NCBI RefSeq assembly: GCF_009914755.1
Contig: NC_060930.1
DNA from: the human T2T-CHM13v2.0 reference genome, Homo sapiens
Strand: one strand, 5' to 3'
DNA: 64,000 nucleotides
The notes beneath the pieces were generated by a model, which searched no databases, was not told the DNA's origin, and saw only the letters and a list, made by a program, of their open reading frames with translations. How positions within the stretch are numbered: the stretch's first letter is position 1; each line of letters starts with the position of its first letter. Shown here one piece after another: positions 24,179-37,738 of the stretch. Both the position numbers and the translations under genes were made by a program.

Positions 24179-27100
24179 AATTCAGTCCTTTTATGAAATA
24201 TCCATTGCTTTCAAAAGTGAAGTGTTTTCAGGAAAATATTAACTAAACTCAACCTTTTTTGCTTGAATAAAGAATTATAAGACCTATAAGAGATATAATG
24301 TAGCCTATCCCACAATTCTCATTAGAGACATTTCAAAGACTTCGGGGACAGGTTAAAAAAAAAATCATCCAAAGCCTATTAGTTGTGGCTTTGTCCATTC
24401 TCTCACAATAATATTCTTACAGCTGACTTAAAGATCTCCTCCCTTGGTTAAAACCAAATTTCTCTGGCTTGTTAGAGGAGGAGAAGAGTGGGTGGTTGTC
24501 TTCCACACAGTGAAATAAATTTCTTAGGCCCTAATAATCCTCAAACTGGATGTTGCTAACTCCTTTAATTCTTTTCCACAGCTGACATAGATAGTTAATA
24601 TAAATTCAAATCTCCTATCTACCTTGACTACTTTCTAGGACACAAAGATGGTTTTTCGTCTTCCATTGGGATAGGAGATTATAATCTAAATAAGTGTGTA
24701 TCCTACACAGCATATTTTTTGGCTGCTACTAAATACTGACTTTATTTTAAATATTATAATGGTTTTGGTGGCAGAGTATCATTTTCACCTTCCCAAAATC
24801 CTAGTAATTGCCTGAAAATAGGTAGGCACTTTATTTGTTAAGTGGATGGATGGATGAAAAGCTCTAGGCTAAAGAATGTACTTGATTGAAAGACCCTAAT
24901 AGGTCTAAACAGAACTACTTTCCATCTCTAAAGACTATTGCTTGGGGCCACTTGCATTTGAATACCTAGAATTAGTGAGAAAATTTACCTAAGACTGATT
25001 TAGGATCAAGGTTTCTATCAAAAAGCCAAGTAATGTAATTTGAAGGGCTTTTAACACCTTGTTAAGGGAAAAGTTACCTACAGGCCCTGGTTGTGGTTAT
25101 CAGAGGGTACTCCTGTTGCCATCGGCCCAGGAGAAAGGAAGCACAAATGTAAATAAGGCTGAACTAAACACTGAGCAACACCCACAGGTAAAACTAGGAG
25201 TGTGAAAAAGTCCCGAACCACAGAATCCACTGTGAGTGACCTGAGGAGGGAGAGAACACTGGGCTATCTCCAGAGCAAAGCCATTCCAAGAACACAGAAA
25301 ATGAAGCCCCATGGGTTCAGTTCCAGAGAAACAGAAAAATAGCCTAGAGAGCTCTGGAAAATCTCCAAGGCAGAAAGAATCGGCTTGGACAGAATAACCA
25401 GAAAGAGGCTGACCATTGGTTGTAGAGTGACAGTGATTAGCTTTCAGGGACATGGGGTCCCAGTGGTGTTATTGTCTATTTTAAATGGTGGTCTTCAGTG
25501 GAATGATGAAATAATCTGTCAATCTGGATAAAGAGAGGAACTGCACTCATTCAGGTTTGGAGATGAAGAGGGCACAGAGCTGCCCACACAACTCTCACTC
25601 CTGAATGCTGTCCTACCTGTAACCTGTCTTGTCCAGAAACTGGGAAGGGGCTTATTGAGGAAAAAGGGAAAAGACATTTAGGAGGCATGATTCTTATTCT
25701 TGAAGCAATAGGGGTATATAAATCATCATGTTTCCTTTCAGCCACTCTGGAGCAAGTCCAACTGAATGAATGTGAGAAAAGGGACCTTCAGTTTCTTTGA
25801 GTCCTGAGTGGGTGGCGCAGATGCCTCACCCAAAAGAGTCGTAAATAAAGGTGAATCTGGAGACAAGAAAATGTGGTCCTTTTTAATAGTCGGTCATTTG
25901 GAGGCTGAGCTGAGGTCCTGGCAGTAGTCACCAAGAAGCAGAGAGTTCTTATCAGTACTTGTACTGAAGGAAAGGTCTGAGATACTGCCCTTTTTACCCC
26001 AAGCCTCTAAGATAAATCTGTATAATGATTGCAAATAAAACTTGTATGGGAGAAAAAAAAGATTTTTATGATGTGATAGGCAACATAGAATAAAACTGGC
26101 AAAATCTGGCCTTGAGCATCTGCTTTTCTGCCCCTTATTTCTGAGTGTTGCAGTCATAAATTATCTATAGTTCAGTAACATGGCTGGTAAGTAAGGCTGC
26201 GTGATATAGCAAGAATGCAGTGCTCTGTTCAAGGTGGCCTGGTTGCAAGGAAAGGAAGCAGGGTGTCGCCCAGCCCCATGGGCTGCAGCACATCTCAACT
26301 CTGGTTGGGCAGGGACTTAGATTTACCTGAAAGATGCCATGGGAGATTAATAATTTGATGTAAGCATGTTCTCTCCTTTGTGCTATAGGATGATTAAAAA
26401 CCCTGATTTGCTTCTCTTCACAGCCCCTTTGGCAGTCAGATTGAAGAGCCTTCTGTCCTTGAGTCCTCCCTGACGTAGATCTGAGAGTGAGATGTGAACT
26501 GGACAGAATTAACAGTAATGTAACTATAGCATTTTTCCCCAGCTTTTTAGACAGACAGGTATTCAGTTTTAAAAAAAACTAAATGAGTATGATACAGGTG
26601 ATGAGGAGCTCGCCTCACTCTTAAACAAGGATGCAAAGCTCTCATATCTGGGAGGTCTTGAGATATACATATTTTTGCATATAACATTAACATATTCTGG
26701 TGAACATGTAAAAGCCTTAACTCCAGCTGACAAAAAAAAAAAAAAAAAAGAAGAAGTCAAAACCTTTCAAGCCTGCCTTACATTGCAAAAAAAGACAAAA
26801 AAAGAAGTTGTTCTTATATTAATATGAGACCTTTCCTCCAAAGTGGTCTATAAGTATGTACAATTGAATATGTTGAACCCATTAACGTCAGGACTGATTC
26901 TGGTACCAAAAGGAGCTACTCACATTTTAAATAACAGTCCAATCTTAGACTCTATTAGTAAATTTTTTCCATCTATAATGTCCCCCTCATATCATAATTT
27001 TATATAAACTGTAGCCCTTGGCAGATTCTGTCCAGTGTGGATATATAAATAGGAATCACTTCAGCCTGTACTTTGACACTCTGGGAAGAGGGAGAAGAAA

Positions 27101-28112
27101 AGAGAAGGTGCATAAATGTGAACAATAGTATTTTCTATATTGTCATGTAAGATATGAAAGAAAACCTAATTATTAGGGATACTAATAGGATAAGTTACTT
27201 TAATGACATCTGCATTAACAGCCTAAGAGAAATCACACCTAACTACTGTAATATACCCAGCAGACTGAAAAAGTAAGTTCTTCTTGTTCCTGTTCTTTGT
27301 GCTTGACTTTCTATAGAGAATCTGTTTGTTTTTATAGGAGGCTTTGTTCTGCAAGTCTGGTAGCAAAATGAGCCTAATTAGGTGAAGATACCTTAGGAAG
27401 AGAATGAAAGTTGTAGTCAGTAGACAAAATCGGAGCCAATGAGAATTTATGGGGTCATACACAATGGATTTTCTGTACAACAACTGAGTTCTTAAATATT
27501 TTCTCAAAAACTGCATTTATTTCATGGAATATCATCACTTTCACTTGTACCTGCCATAAATTTCTGTCAGTATTTCTCTCATTTGTAAAAAGGTACAGAA
27601 GCCACTTTAGTAATATAAAACTACTGCTCCACAATGTAGTTACTGTACTTCCCTTCCTAGGGCTGTTCTTTAAATCTCAGTCTGTCTCTTAGAGTGGCCA
27701 CAGTTAAACTCTAGGACATTGAAAATATATAGCATAGCTTAAGTTAGTGAAATTTGAACATAGGTAGTTTGTTCCTTTATCTTGAAATTGCAAAGATGAA
27801 AATTGTTCTGTTAGTAAAGTAAATTTTATGTGCTACCCTGAGAATAAACAATCTTTGTACCGGTCTTTCTCAATGTTTCTTCACTAGGAAGAGTTTGGAA
27901 TTCCTAGGGTTTTCTGTGTATCCTAGATAGTTGGCTACAAAAATTGGTTGTTTATATCCTGGAACATTGTATTGATGCCTGATTCTTTTTGGAGAACTTG
28001 GCGTCCTCTTCTCCAGATGAACTTTATATCAGTAACAGTCACCATATGACAACCATTCTTCATAAAACCAATCAACTAAATATGCTAGACATTTCTATGC
28101 TTTAACTTAAAA

Positions 28113-28124
28113 ATACACACACAC

Positions 28125-28166
<42 letters not shown>

Positions 28167-28220
28167 GTGTGTGTGTATATAGGTATATATGTGTGTGTAC
28201 ATATATACATGTGTATATAT
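28113..28220. repeat. Compound (CA)n-(TA)n-(TG)n microsatellite
   Basis: Directly visible alternating purine-pyrimidine tract. Confidence 0.92.
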
Positions 28221-31200
28221 TCTTGGCTGTAGGTAAGAGAAAAACAGAGCTGAAGGACACAAGGAACACAACTGGAGTTTTCAACTTTGCTAAATCTTTG
28301 CTAAAAGATTATGTAACTCACAGGTAAATGTGCATGGTGTCCTTGGTTTTATGACTGAATCAGTAAGCAAAATTTAAAGTAGTGGTTGAACTACTTCAGT
28401 ATCTATGTGGATTATTAATGCTCACATCTTAGAGAAAACTTGAGCTATGCATTCTTATCACCAAGAAATCAGTGTCAAAATTCCCTTACATTTTACATCC
28501 TTTACCTTAAATAATAATATAAACTATATTGTGCTATATGTGTAATGTACATTATAGTAATGGGTCTGCAGTAGTCAGAAATGAGTTATAAAGACAGGAG
28601 AAGCAGCCTGGGTTTTATATTAGTGATGCTATATTAATTATGACAGAGAAGGCTTTTCCATTATAAGCCTCATTTTTAAGATGCTTGAAGCTTTCCCACA
28701 GGAATTTTTCTCATGACAGTTTTTTTTTCTTCTTTTGCCTAGTAATGAAAATAAGGATATTGGTTTTTAATGTTTTTGGGAGATTTTCTCTGAGAATAAA
28801 AGTTTTTTTCTGTCCATTAGACCATTTTTTTAGGTACTTTGCTTTCTGAAATCTCAAAACAAATAGCTTTTTAATGACCTTTTCAAACTTGTCTCCAATG
28901 AAGAGGTTTAGTACCTTTGGTGTATTAGGCAAAGCTTGATTTGCAAATAATTAAATTACAAGTATTATCCAATACTTCTTCTGCAAATTGTTGTGTCTCC
29001 AAATAGCAGTTAGCTACTGTACCTTGCAAATAAGGAGAACTTACAATTACTTGGTCAGTTACTAAAAATTAGCCACTCCTGGATTATGACTGTTATGCGT
29101 ACAGTTTCTGTGCATACCAAAAAAGAAACCAGAGCTGAAAGTAGTCATTGTACTCTGATGTGGTACATCAGAATACAAGTGAACTTTCCTAACAAAGGAG
29201 AGAGCAGTAGCAGGCTGAAACTGTGGCCTGTATGATCTATTGTTATTTAAAATCTCACTAAGATAGAATCACCTCATTCTCTGAGCTCAACAGATTGAGA
29301 TCCACTCAGGAGACACACAGTTGAGATCCAAAACAGGAAAGGCCTTCACTGCTCATTAAAATGTTAATTACGCCATTGAGGGTTCAGCGCTGCCCTTCAA
29401 GAAATTTCAAACCACTTCCCTTATTAACATATTAAGAAGTAATAGTTCAAAGGAGTAACAGCATGATAGGAAGATAGAGTATATATTTATTTAAATACAT
29501 GGCAATGCATATTTCTCAAGCTTTTTGAGAAATGGAATGATGCATTCTTCCCCTTTATCACTAAATCACTATCTACACCCCTTTATCACTAAATCACTAT
29601 CCACACTCCTACAATTTCTGATTGGGTTGTAGGTTTCAGATTTCTTAATTGGGGTTGTCGGTGGACAAGCTGTATATTTGTCTCCACACCACACTTGAGC
29701 AAAGGGACTATGTTTATCTTCTAATCTATGCAATCCCAGTGTGCAGTACTGTCCATAGCACAAAAGAGGGACTAAAACATTTATATAAATTTTCAAATGT
29801 ATGAGGTTAAAGCAAAATTTCCTATTCTTTAAATTATGATAGTCATTATTTTAGGCTGTCTAAATCAGCATCAAAAAAGCCTTAATTTTATCTACCCATA
29901 CGTTCATAAAAGAATATTGCCCTTTCAGATCTTTTATTGGAATTTAAATATCAACTTGCACTGTATTTAGGAAATGCCATACTACAAAATTCATTTAAAG
30001 ACACTCCTTCCTCTTTGTTTTCCTTTCAGCATGTGCTATTATTGAGGAAGTAAGCACAGACTTATATTGCTTTTCCACTGCTACTCTCTGGTGTAGTTGC
30101 CATGCAGCTAAAACAGTGAGTAGTCTGGCAAATGACTGGCTGGCCAGGTGGGTGATACAGGGTGTTCTGGAACCTTAGGACAGTGCTTCTTCTGTGAACG
30201 CTTGTCAACTGAAGCAGCTACTCTTCCCTCATTTACCTAACATCTTATTGTTTTATAGGCAGTGTGTAATTCATGGCCTCTTACAAAAGAGGTCCTTCTT
30301 CATATTTCCCCAAAGCCAGAAGTTTATAGAAATTACTAGTTTTGTGGAATTTCGTATATGGTTCTTTTTAACTATACTTCTCAGGGCACTTATTTTAAAT
30401 ACTCATAATTTTGAAAGAAGGTGTTCTTCTGAGTGGAAGGTTTCCACTGATAATTTCTTGGTAATGGTAGTGTTTAGAAGATAGGAAGATTACATTCTTT
30501 GCATTTCATGCCAGAATATATGAATTCTTCCCTTCGGTAGCATATAATTTTTCTGTTCATATTTTACTGGCCACCCATGACTTAATATGTGGTTTAGCTG
30601 ATCCCAAAAGATTTGGTTATCCAGAGTTCCATTTAAACTTCTTAAAATCTTAACAGTAAGAAAAAAAGAAATTCATGGTGAAAATCAATTCATTAAATTT
30701 CTTTATTTCTTCATGAAATACATTAATTATTTTATTTCTCTTAAATTTGAGTCTTCCAAATCTGGGCTCAGGTATTCTCCTCTCAAACCTGGAAATGTTA
30801 TGGTGCCAACATAAGAGGGATAATCCTTGATGGATAATCTTGTTCATGTCACTTAACCCCTCTGACATGGCTTTCTTGTCAAAAATAATTGTACATGTGA
30901 TCATCGTGATAATATGTTGTATTTATATAGAACTTTCAATTTGTAGAGAAATTATTTTTGTCCCTACTAATAATGCCTTGTCCATACAACCACTAAATAA
31001 ATAATTGTCCGGGATATTCATTATCTTGACTTTTATCAACACGATATTCCTATAAAGTGGATAGAGCATGCAACTGGCTAATTTTATAAATGAGCACACT
31101 GGATCCCAGGTTAGGCTGGTGATGTCCTGATGACAGTACTCTGGTTGTGTAGAAGCCAAGTTTCTTATTATCACATCTGGAATTTAAAAGTAAAATTCAA

Positions 31201-32324
31201 CTTAAAGATTATATGCAGGACAAAGATGTTTATTTCATAGATCATATAGATCATGTAAAAAGGTAGAAAAATGGCAAGCTTTTTGAAACTGATCACAAAT
31301 AAATCTAAAGTAATTTCAATTAGAGGAAAAAACATTGAAAAGAAAATATTATCTAATATTTATTGAAGCCATTATTTCAAATTTTGATTTGGTGAATGTA
31401 CTTATTTCTATTATTGAGTAGGTACAAAACATTTTCAGCTGGCTTTTATTGAACGAGCTTTTTCACTTTGAACACTGCAATGCTGAAATATTGATTTTTA
31501 AAAAAAGAATTCAATAGTTTCAAATGAGTGATATTGGGATTGTTGCAAAATTAATATTAGTTTAGTATATATATGATTATGAACCACTTAGTTTAAGGTG
31601 AACAGATTATTTTCCTAGTTTACATTTTAATTGAATGCAGTTTTTCATATTTCTTTATTTCATTTAAAAGTGCTTACATATAGTAATATTTCGTGCAGCC
31701 ACTCCACCCATCTCTATTTTCTCTCTACTACTAATATTTGAGTTCCCAACTTGCACATAGTACACTAAGGAAGTTAAAAAAGAAACATTGCTCTAATACT
31801 GAGGACTCCCATTTTCAAAATTATAAGAATATCGTTTCACTCAAATAGCTGTTTATATAAATGTCCAGTGAACCCTTATTTTTGCATTTTGTATGTAGGC
31901 AATGATGAATCATAATTTTGAAGTATGATTAACTCAAGAGTTAAAATTTCTGTTTTTTGAAACTAAAGACTCTGATATCAAAATCACATATTCCTGGCCC
32001 CATCCCAGAACTAATGAAGCAGAGTTTTTAGTGAATTAAGCTTAACCCTTAATTGATATCTCAGTTTGATGTCTCAACAGTTATTTTTAAGCACTATCCT
32101 TCCATTTTGGGGTAGCCTTGCAGGAATGTGCTCAGATTTTTAACTTAGAAAGCAAGCTGACCCATGATCCCATGCCAAAAGCATGACTCAGTCAGGTATA
32201 GCCAAGCCACACCATAATTATAATTTCAAAAGTAAAGAAAGGAGAAAAAGGTGTAAAATATAAATAGCTGCCTGTGTTAGTTTGGTATTATTTTACATAA
32301 TTTTTTTGAATCTCTCTCTCTCTC

Positions 32325-32628
32325 TTTTTTTTTTTTTTTTTTTTTTGGCAGAGTCTCACTTTGTCACTCAGGGGCTGGTATGCAGTGGCATGATCTCAGC
32401 TCACTGCACCCTTGACCTCCTGGATTCAAGCGATCTTTCTACATTAACCTCAAAAGTAGTTGGGAGTACAGGCAGGCACCACCATGCCCAGCTAATTTTT
32501 GTATTTTTAGTACAGTCAGGATTTCACTATGTTGCTCAGGCTGGTCTCGAACTCCTTGCCTCAAGTAATCTGTCCACCATAGCCTCCCAAAGTGTTAGGA
32601 TTACAGGTGTGAGCCATTGCACTTGGCC
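32325..32628 (-). mobile_element. AluJ-like SINE
   Basis: Poly-T followed by diverged antisense Alu; flanking ttttgaatctc repeated on both sides. Confidence 0.9.
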
Positions 32629-35039
32629 TTTTTCTTTTGAATCTCAAAAGAATTTTTTTTTTCAGATTGCAGAAGTAATATAGTTACACTGGAAAAATGG
32701 AGAAGTATAAAAATATAACAGAGCAAACAATAATACCTATAATTTGTCACCCTGAGATAATTACTCTTAATTATTTTTTCAATATATATTTCATGTTTTT
32801 TCATGTGTATTTTTCTAAATGTATCATATTTGAGATTAATCATTTTTAAAAGGTTTGTGAAGTAAAAGCCATTAGAGTCAGGAAGTGAGCTAGTTGATAT
32901 TAAATTGGTGAGATCTTGGATGCACTATGTTATAAATTTTACAATGGTCCGGTCAAATCTCTGGAGTGGCTTTTTGTCCAGATCACTTGAAAACTAGTGT
33001 AGAAAGTAACATATGTTTAAATGTGCTCTATTTTAGTTAAATAATTCTGCTTTTTCAAGGTTGTGCATCTCAACTGTTGCAAATTATATTAGGCGAAAAA
33101 TTGGTTCCTAGCCCAGACAAACAGTTTTTTTGAGGAAAAAATATACAAACAGAATGAATTATTTTATGGCTTTTAGATTAACAAATGATCAATGTTCGAG
33201 GCATTTTAAAGTATTTTGAAAAGAAATGAGAGAAAAAATAATTTAGGATCTTCCCCTACCTACACCCAAGAACAACCTTGGAAATCTTTTTTAATCTAGT
33301 TACATACAGAACTAAAATGTATTTTGATGTTTTATTAAACACATCACATATAATTGATCCATGAACTAATGTATATAGCAGTACTCTTCTTCAGTTTTAT
33401 TCAAATTTCCATTTCTATTCCCTCAAATTGTCTGTTTTTTAAAATGTCTGCCGTTTTTTAATGGCTGAAGCAAATGTTTTGAAATTTTCTGAGAAAAAAA
33501 TACTTAAAATTACATAAATTAAACTTTATTCTTGGATTTTCTTCCATCTCATTGAGAGCAATAATGATTTTCCCCTTGCAATTTCAATAGAAGATACTTT
33601 CTGTCTTTCCTTCCTTTTAATATTAACACTCTCATCATTATTCTGAATCAAATTATAAGATTATTTTCTCATCATCACTACATCCTGTCATGATCTCTGT
33701 CTCCTGGACTGTTTTGATCTGCATTGTAACCTGTTGGGAGATTGATCCCCACCTCAAAGTAAAAGCATACTTGACAAAAATATAATTTTTTGTGCTATCT
33801 GACTTGCATTCAGTCTTTTGACTTTTGTTGATAAACTCTTTGATATCACAAGATTTCTTTTTTTAACTTCTAGCAATCTAATTTATATCTGACCCCTCTG
33901 CTAAAATTATTCTTCCTAAGGCTCTTAATGGCTCAATGGCCTCCTCCATGCCCACCATGACCATCTCAAGCTTCATATTTTTATTTTCTTATTTGACCTT
34001 TGATCAATCACTTTTTAGTGAAATTCTCTCCACTTATTTTCTGTGAGATATTAATTACTAGTTTTCTTTCACCATTTCTGAGTACTCTTCCTGTATGTTC
34101 CTAACTTTGGCTGTGCTCTCTCACTGTGTCTAGTCCTCACTGAGAGAACAGGGTAAAGGGAATCTGCTCTGGAGTCATACTTGAGCTCAATTCCTGGCAC
34201 AACCCTTTACCAGGTAGATGTCCTTAGGAAAGTCACAACCTGTGGGCTCCATTTATTTATTTTAAACATAAAATAGCACCACCAAAGATAGGCAGTCCAG
34301 GGCTTGCATGGCTATATTACAGAAATTGAGATATCCAGGCAACTTTTGCCTCTAGGCTGTTTCATCTGTAAGGTCCTCAAGATCCTGGATGGATGTGGGA
34401 GCTTAATTTATCTCCATTTTCCTATAGAGGAAATAACAATAATATTTACCTTGGTATTTAGTGTAAGAAATTTTTTAAAGTGTGTTATTCATCACAACAC
34501 CTAACACTGACTGGACCCTGAATAAATGTTAGCTATTTTCACTAGTGTGATGATGATTTGCCTGTTGACTAATTAATGATGGCAGGTAGCATATTTTAAC
34601 CGTTAATTATTAATAAATCATGCTGTAAAGATACTTATACATATTTATAACCCAGTAGATTGGCTTCCTTAATGTTATTTCTTACCATACTCCTTTCTAC
34701 TCTCACTATTTCCAATTTAAAACAACAACAAAAAAAGATGTTACTGGCAATAAAACTGGTGCTACCATTCTTGTAAATAATGTTCATGACCTCAAGAGTG
34801 ACATATTCTTGGTTTTAATGTGTATTTTATGACACAAAAGCAGTGACACTACACCTGTGAGATAATTTCCAGTGAAGCTCTCGAGCTCTGAAAAGTGGCC
34901 AAGTAGAAATCTAATATGTCTACACAATAACCTAGCACAGCACCTGCATCATATTTAATGATGAATAAATATTTGTTGAATAAATGAATGAATGAATGAT
35001 GTAGGAAACTCCAACTATATCAAATCAAAATCTTTAACA

Positions 35040-36230
35040 GCTATTTATTCAACCAATATTTATTAAGCACCTACTATGTGTCAAGCAGTATGTTAGAATC
35101 AGGTAATACCAAAGTGAACATAACAATATACCTGTCCTCATGATATGTACATTCTAGTGAGCAAAGATGGGCAAAAATCAAATGGGAAAGTATATAATAC
35201 ATCAGCTGTGATAGGTGCAATGGGCAACAACAGATCAGAGTAAGGGCAAAGGGCACTTTGGAAAGTGCTTGTATTGTGTATCAGCTATTTTATAACAAGT
35301 CACCTCGAATTTTAGTGGCTTAAAACAACAACCATTGTTATTTGATTTAAATGTTATGGCGTAGCTATTAGGTTGAGCTCAGCCAGTTAGTTTCATCTGG
35401 TATAATTAAAGAGGCTGCCATCTGGAAGCTTAACTTGGGGCTGGTTAATTGCGTATAACCTCACTAACATGTCTAGTGGCTGGTGCCAGTCTCTCATCCT
35501 CAGTAGGGCTAGCCTGAGCTACCTCACATAATAAAGCACTTCAAGATGATAAGAGTGGACACCATTAAGACCTCTTGAGGCTTAGGCTAACAAGTCACAC
35601 ATCATTTCCACTGCCTTCTTTTGATCAATTCAAGTCACCATACATATATCCAGATTCAGAGGAGGAGGTAATAGACTCCGTCTCTTGATGGGAAGTGTTA
35701 AATATAATTTGTAGCCATTTTTTACCTACTACAGATGGGAAGTTACTGATGGATAGTCAGTGATAACATCTCTGATAGGATGACATAAAAGCAGAAGCCT
35801 ACATAATGTGAGGAAACAGGTAATGTGAATATTTTTGAAGAGTGCATTCTGGGCCAAGGGAATAGCTAGCACAAAATGCCAAGAAAGGCCAATAAGGAGC
35901 TCAGAGCAGTTGGGAGTGGTGGGCGAATATATGTGTGTTAGGAGATGAATGTGGGAAGCCAATGAGAGACCAGATAGTATAATTCCTTGTAGACCATTGT
36001 AAGGACCATTATAAGTAGACCTTTGTCTTTTACTCTGAGTGAGATCAGAAAAACCATTGATAGTTTTCAAAGGAGTGACATGATTTTTAGTGGAGTTTAC
36101 ATAATTGTCGACAGGATCTCTCTGGATTTTTATTGAAGTTAAACTTGAGGGTAAATGGCGAGAAACACAATGAAGAGATTATCCCAGGCAAGAGATGATG
36201 GTGGCTTGAAATAGAAGGGTAGGACTGACA
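35040..36230 (-). mobile_element. L2 fragment interrupted by an MLT1 LTR
   Basis: tattcaaccaatatttattaagcacctactatgtgtcaagca start; atccaggcaagagatgatggtggcttgaa near the end. Confidence 0.7.
35277..35732 (-). mobile_element. MLT1 (H/G-like) MaLR LTR
   Basis: agtggcttaaaacaacaaccatt...gggctagcctgagct...cagattcagaggaggaggtaatagactcc...tgtagccatttttt..ctactaca. Confidence 0.75.
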
Positions 36231-36645
36231 ACATTTTCTGGGATAATTTGTAGAACTGATTAGGCAGAAAACATATTATTAGATTGTGTATAGTCATCTG
36301 TCAGCTTCTCTAAGAAACTAACTACATTTTGTTCATGTGTCTTCTACTTCATCTGGTATTTGAAAAGCACCCACTAAATACATATTGACTGGTTAGTAAA
36401 GATTCAAGCCTCACTGTTGAATTGAACATAATCACCACAGGATGCTGAAATCCTACAGAGTTCATCATTAAATGATGTTTGAAGACTGTAGCAAGTAGAA
36501 GACCCTATTAAGAGCTATTGATACTCTTCAGATTACATGTCTGCTATATGCTAAAGGACTGCAAATGAATTACGACAAAAACAATCTGTCTAGATCAAAC
36601 TCAGTATTAAAAGTTATCCATTAAAAGGTAAAAGATCATTACATG

Positions 36646-36997
<352 letters not shown>

Positions 36998-37598
36998 TCA
37001 GGGATTCAAAGTCGACATAATATAGTTCTCAAAAGCACTAGTATTCTCATATGGCATGTAGAGTGTTAATTTTATAAATGAAAGAAAGCAAGGTGAACGT
37101 ATCAACTAATATTATGATGTTGAATGGAAAGCATTAACAGGTATAGAGGAGCATGGGGGAAGATCTAAGTTTAGAGAATTCCTGGAACTAGCTAATTTTT
37201 AGATAACAAATTAGAACCTTGTTGTTATGGTATGAAGAAACTGCTGTTAACTCCAGGCCCAACATAGTGGATGACAACTGTCCTTTCTGGTGATGGAAAA
37301 GTACCTGCTTCTAAATCTTATCCAAGTGAATGAAGTGCATATATATGTTTTATGTTGGTGTTACTCTTTTTATCATAAAATATGTGTTTACAATATTAGA
37401 TCTTTAAATCTTCTTATAATTTCATAGGACATGTTCAGTACATTCTGTTTTAAAACAGATTACAATAAAAGTTTAGCATTAAAATTCACCTGGAAATGAA
37501 AAACCCAGCTTTGCTTCTCACTCTGTGACTTAAAACAAGTTTCTAAATTCACTAAACTTCACTTTCTTTATCTATAAAACTAAGTGTTTGGAAAAGAT

Positions 37599-37738
37599 CA
37601 GTGGTTCTCAACCCTGACTGCACACTAAAATCATCTGAAGGACATTTGAAAAAGTAATATCCCAAGTCCTATCATAGGGTTTAATTTTCAATGCTCTTCA
37701 GGTAATTTTAATGTACATTCAGTGTTGAAAATCAATGG
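37599..37738. mobile_element. MER5-like hAT-Charlie element next to a MIR remnant
   Basis: cagtggttctcaaccctgactgcacactaaaatca...gttgaaaatcaatg terminal inverted repeats. Confidence 0.65.

Noticed and set aside
29550-29605. 28-bp tandem duplication
   Set aside because: Two near-identical units; common local duplication with no further structure
32282-32683. 133-aa ORF and similar ORFs at 4045, 14416, 19480, 36706, 57535
   Set aside because: Alu-derived translations
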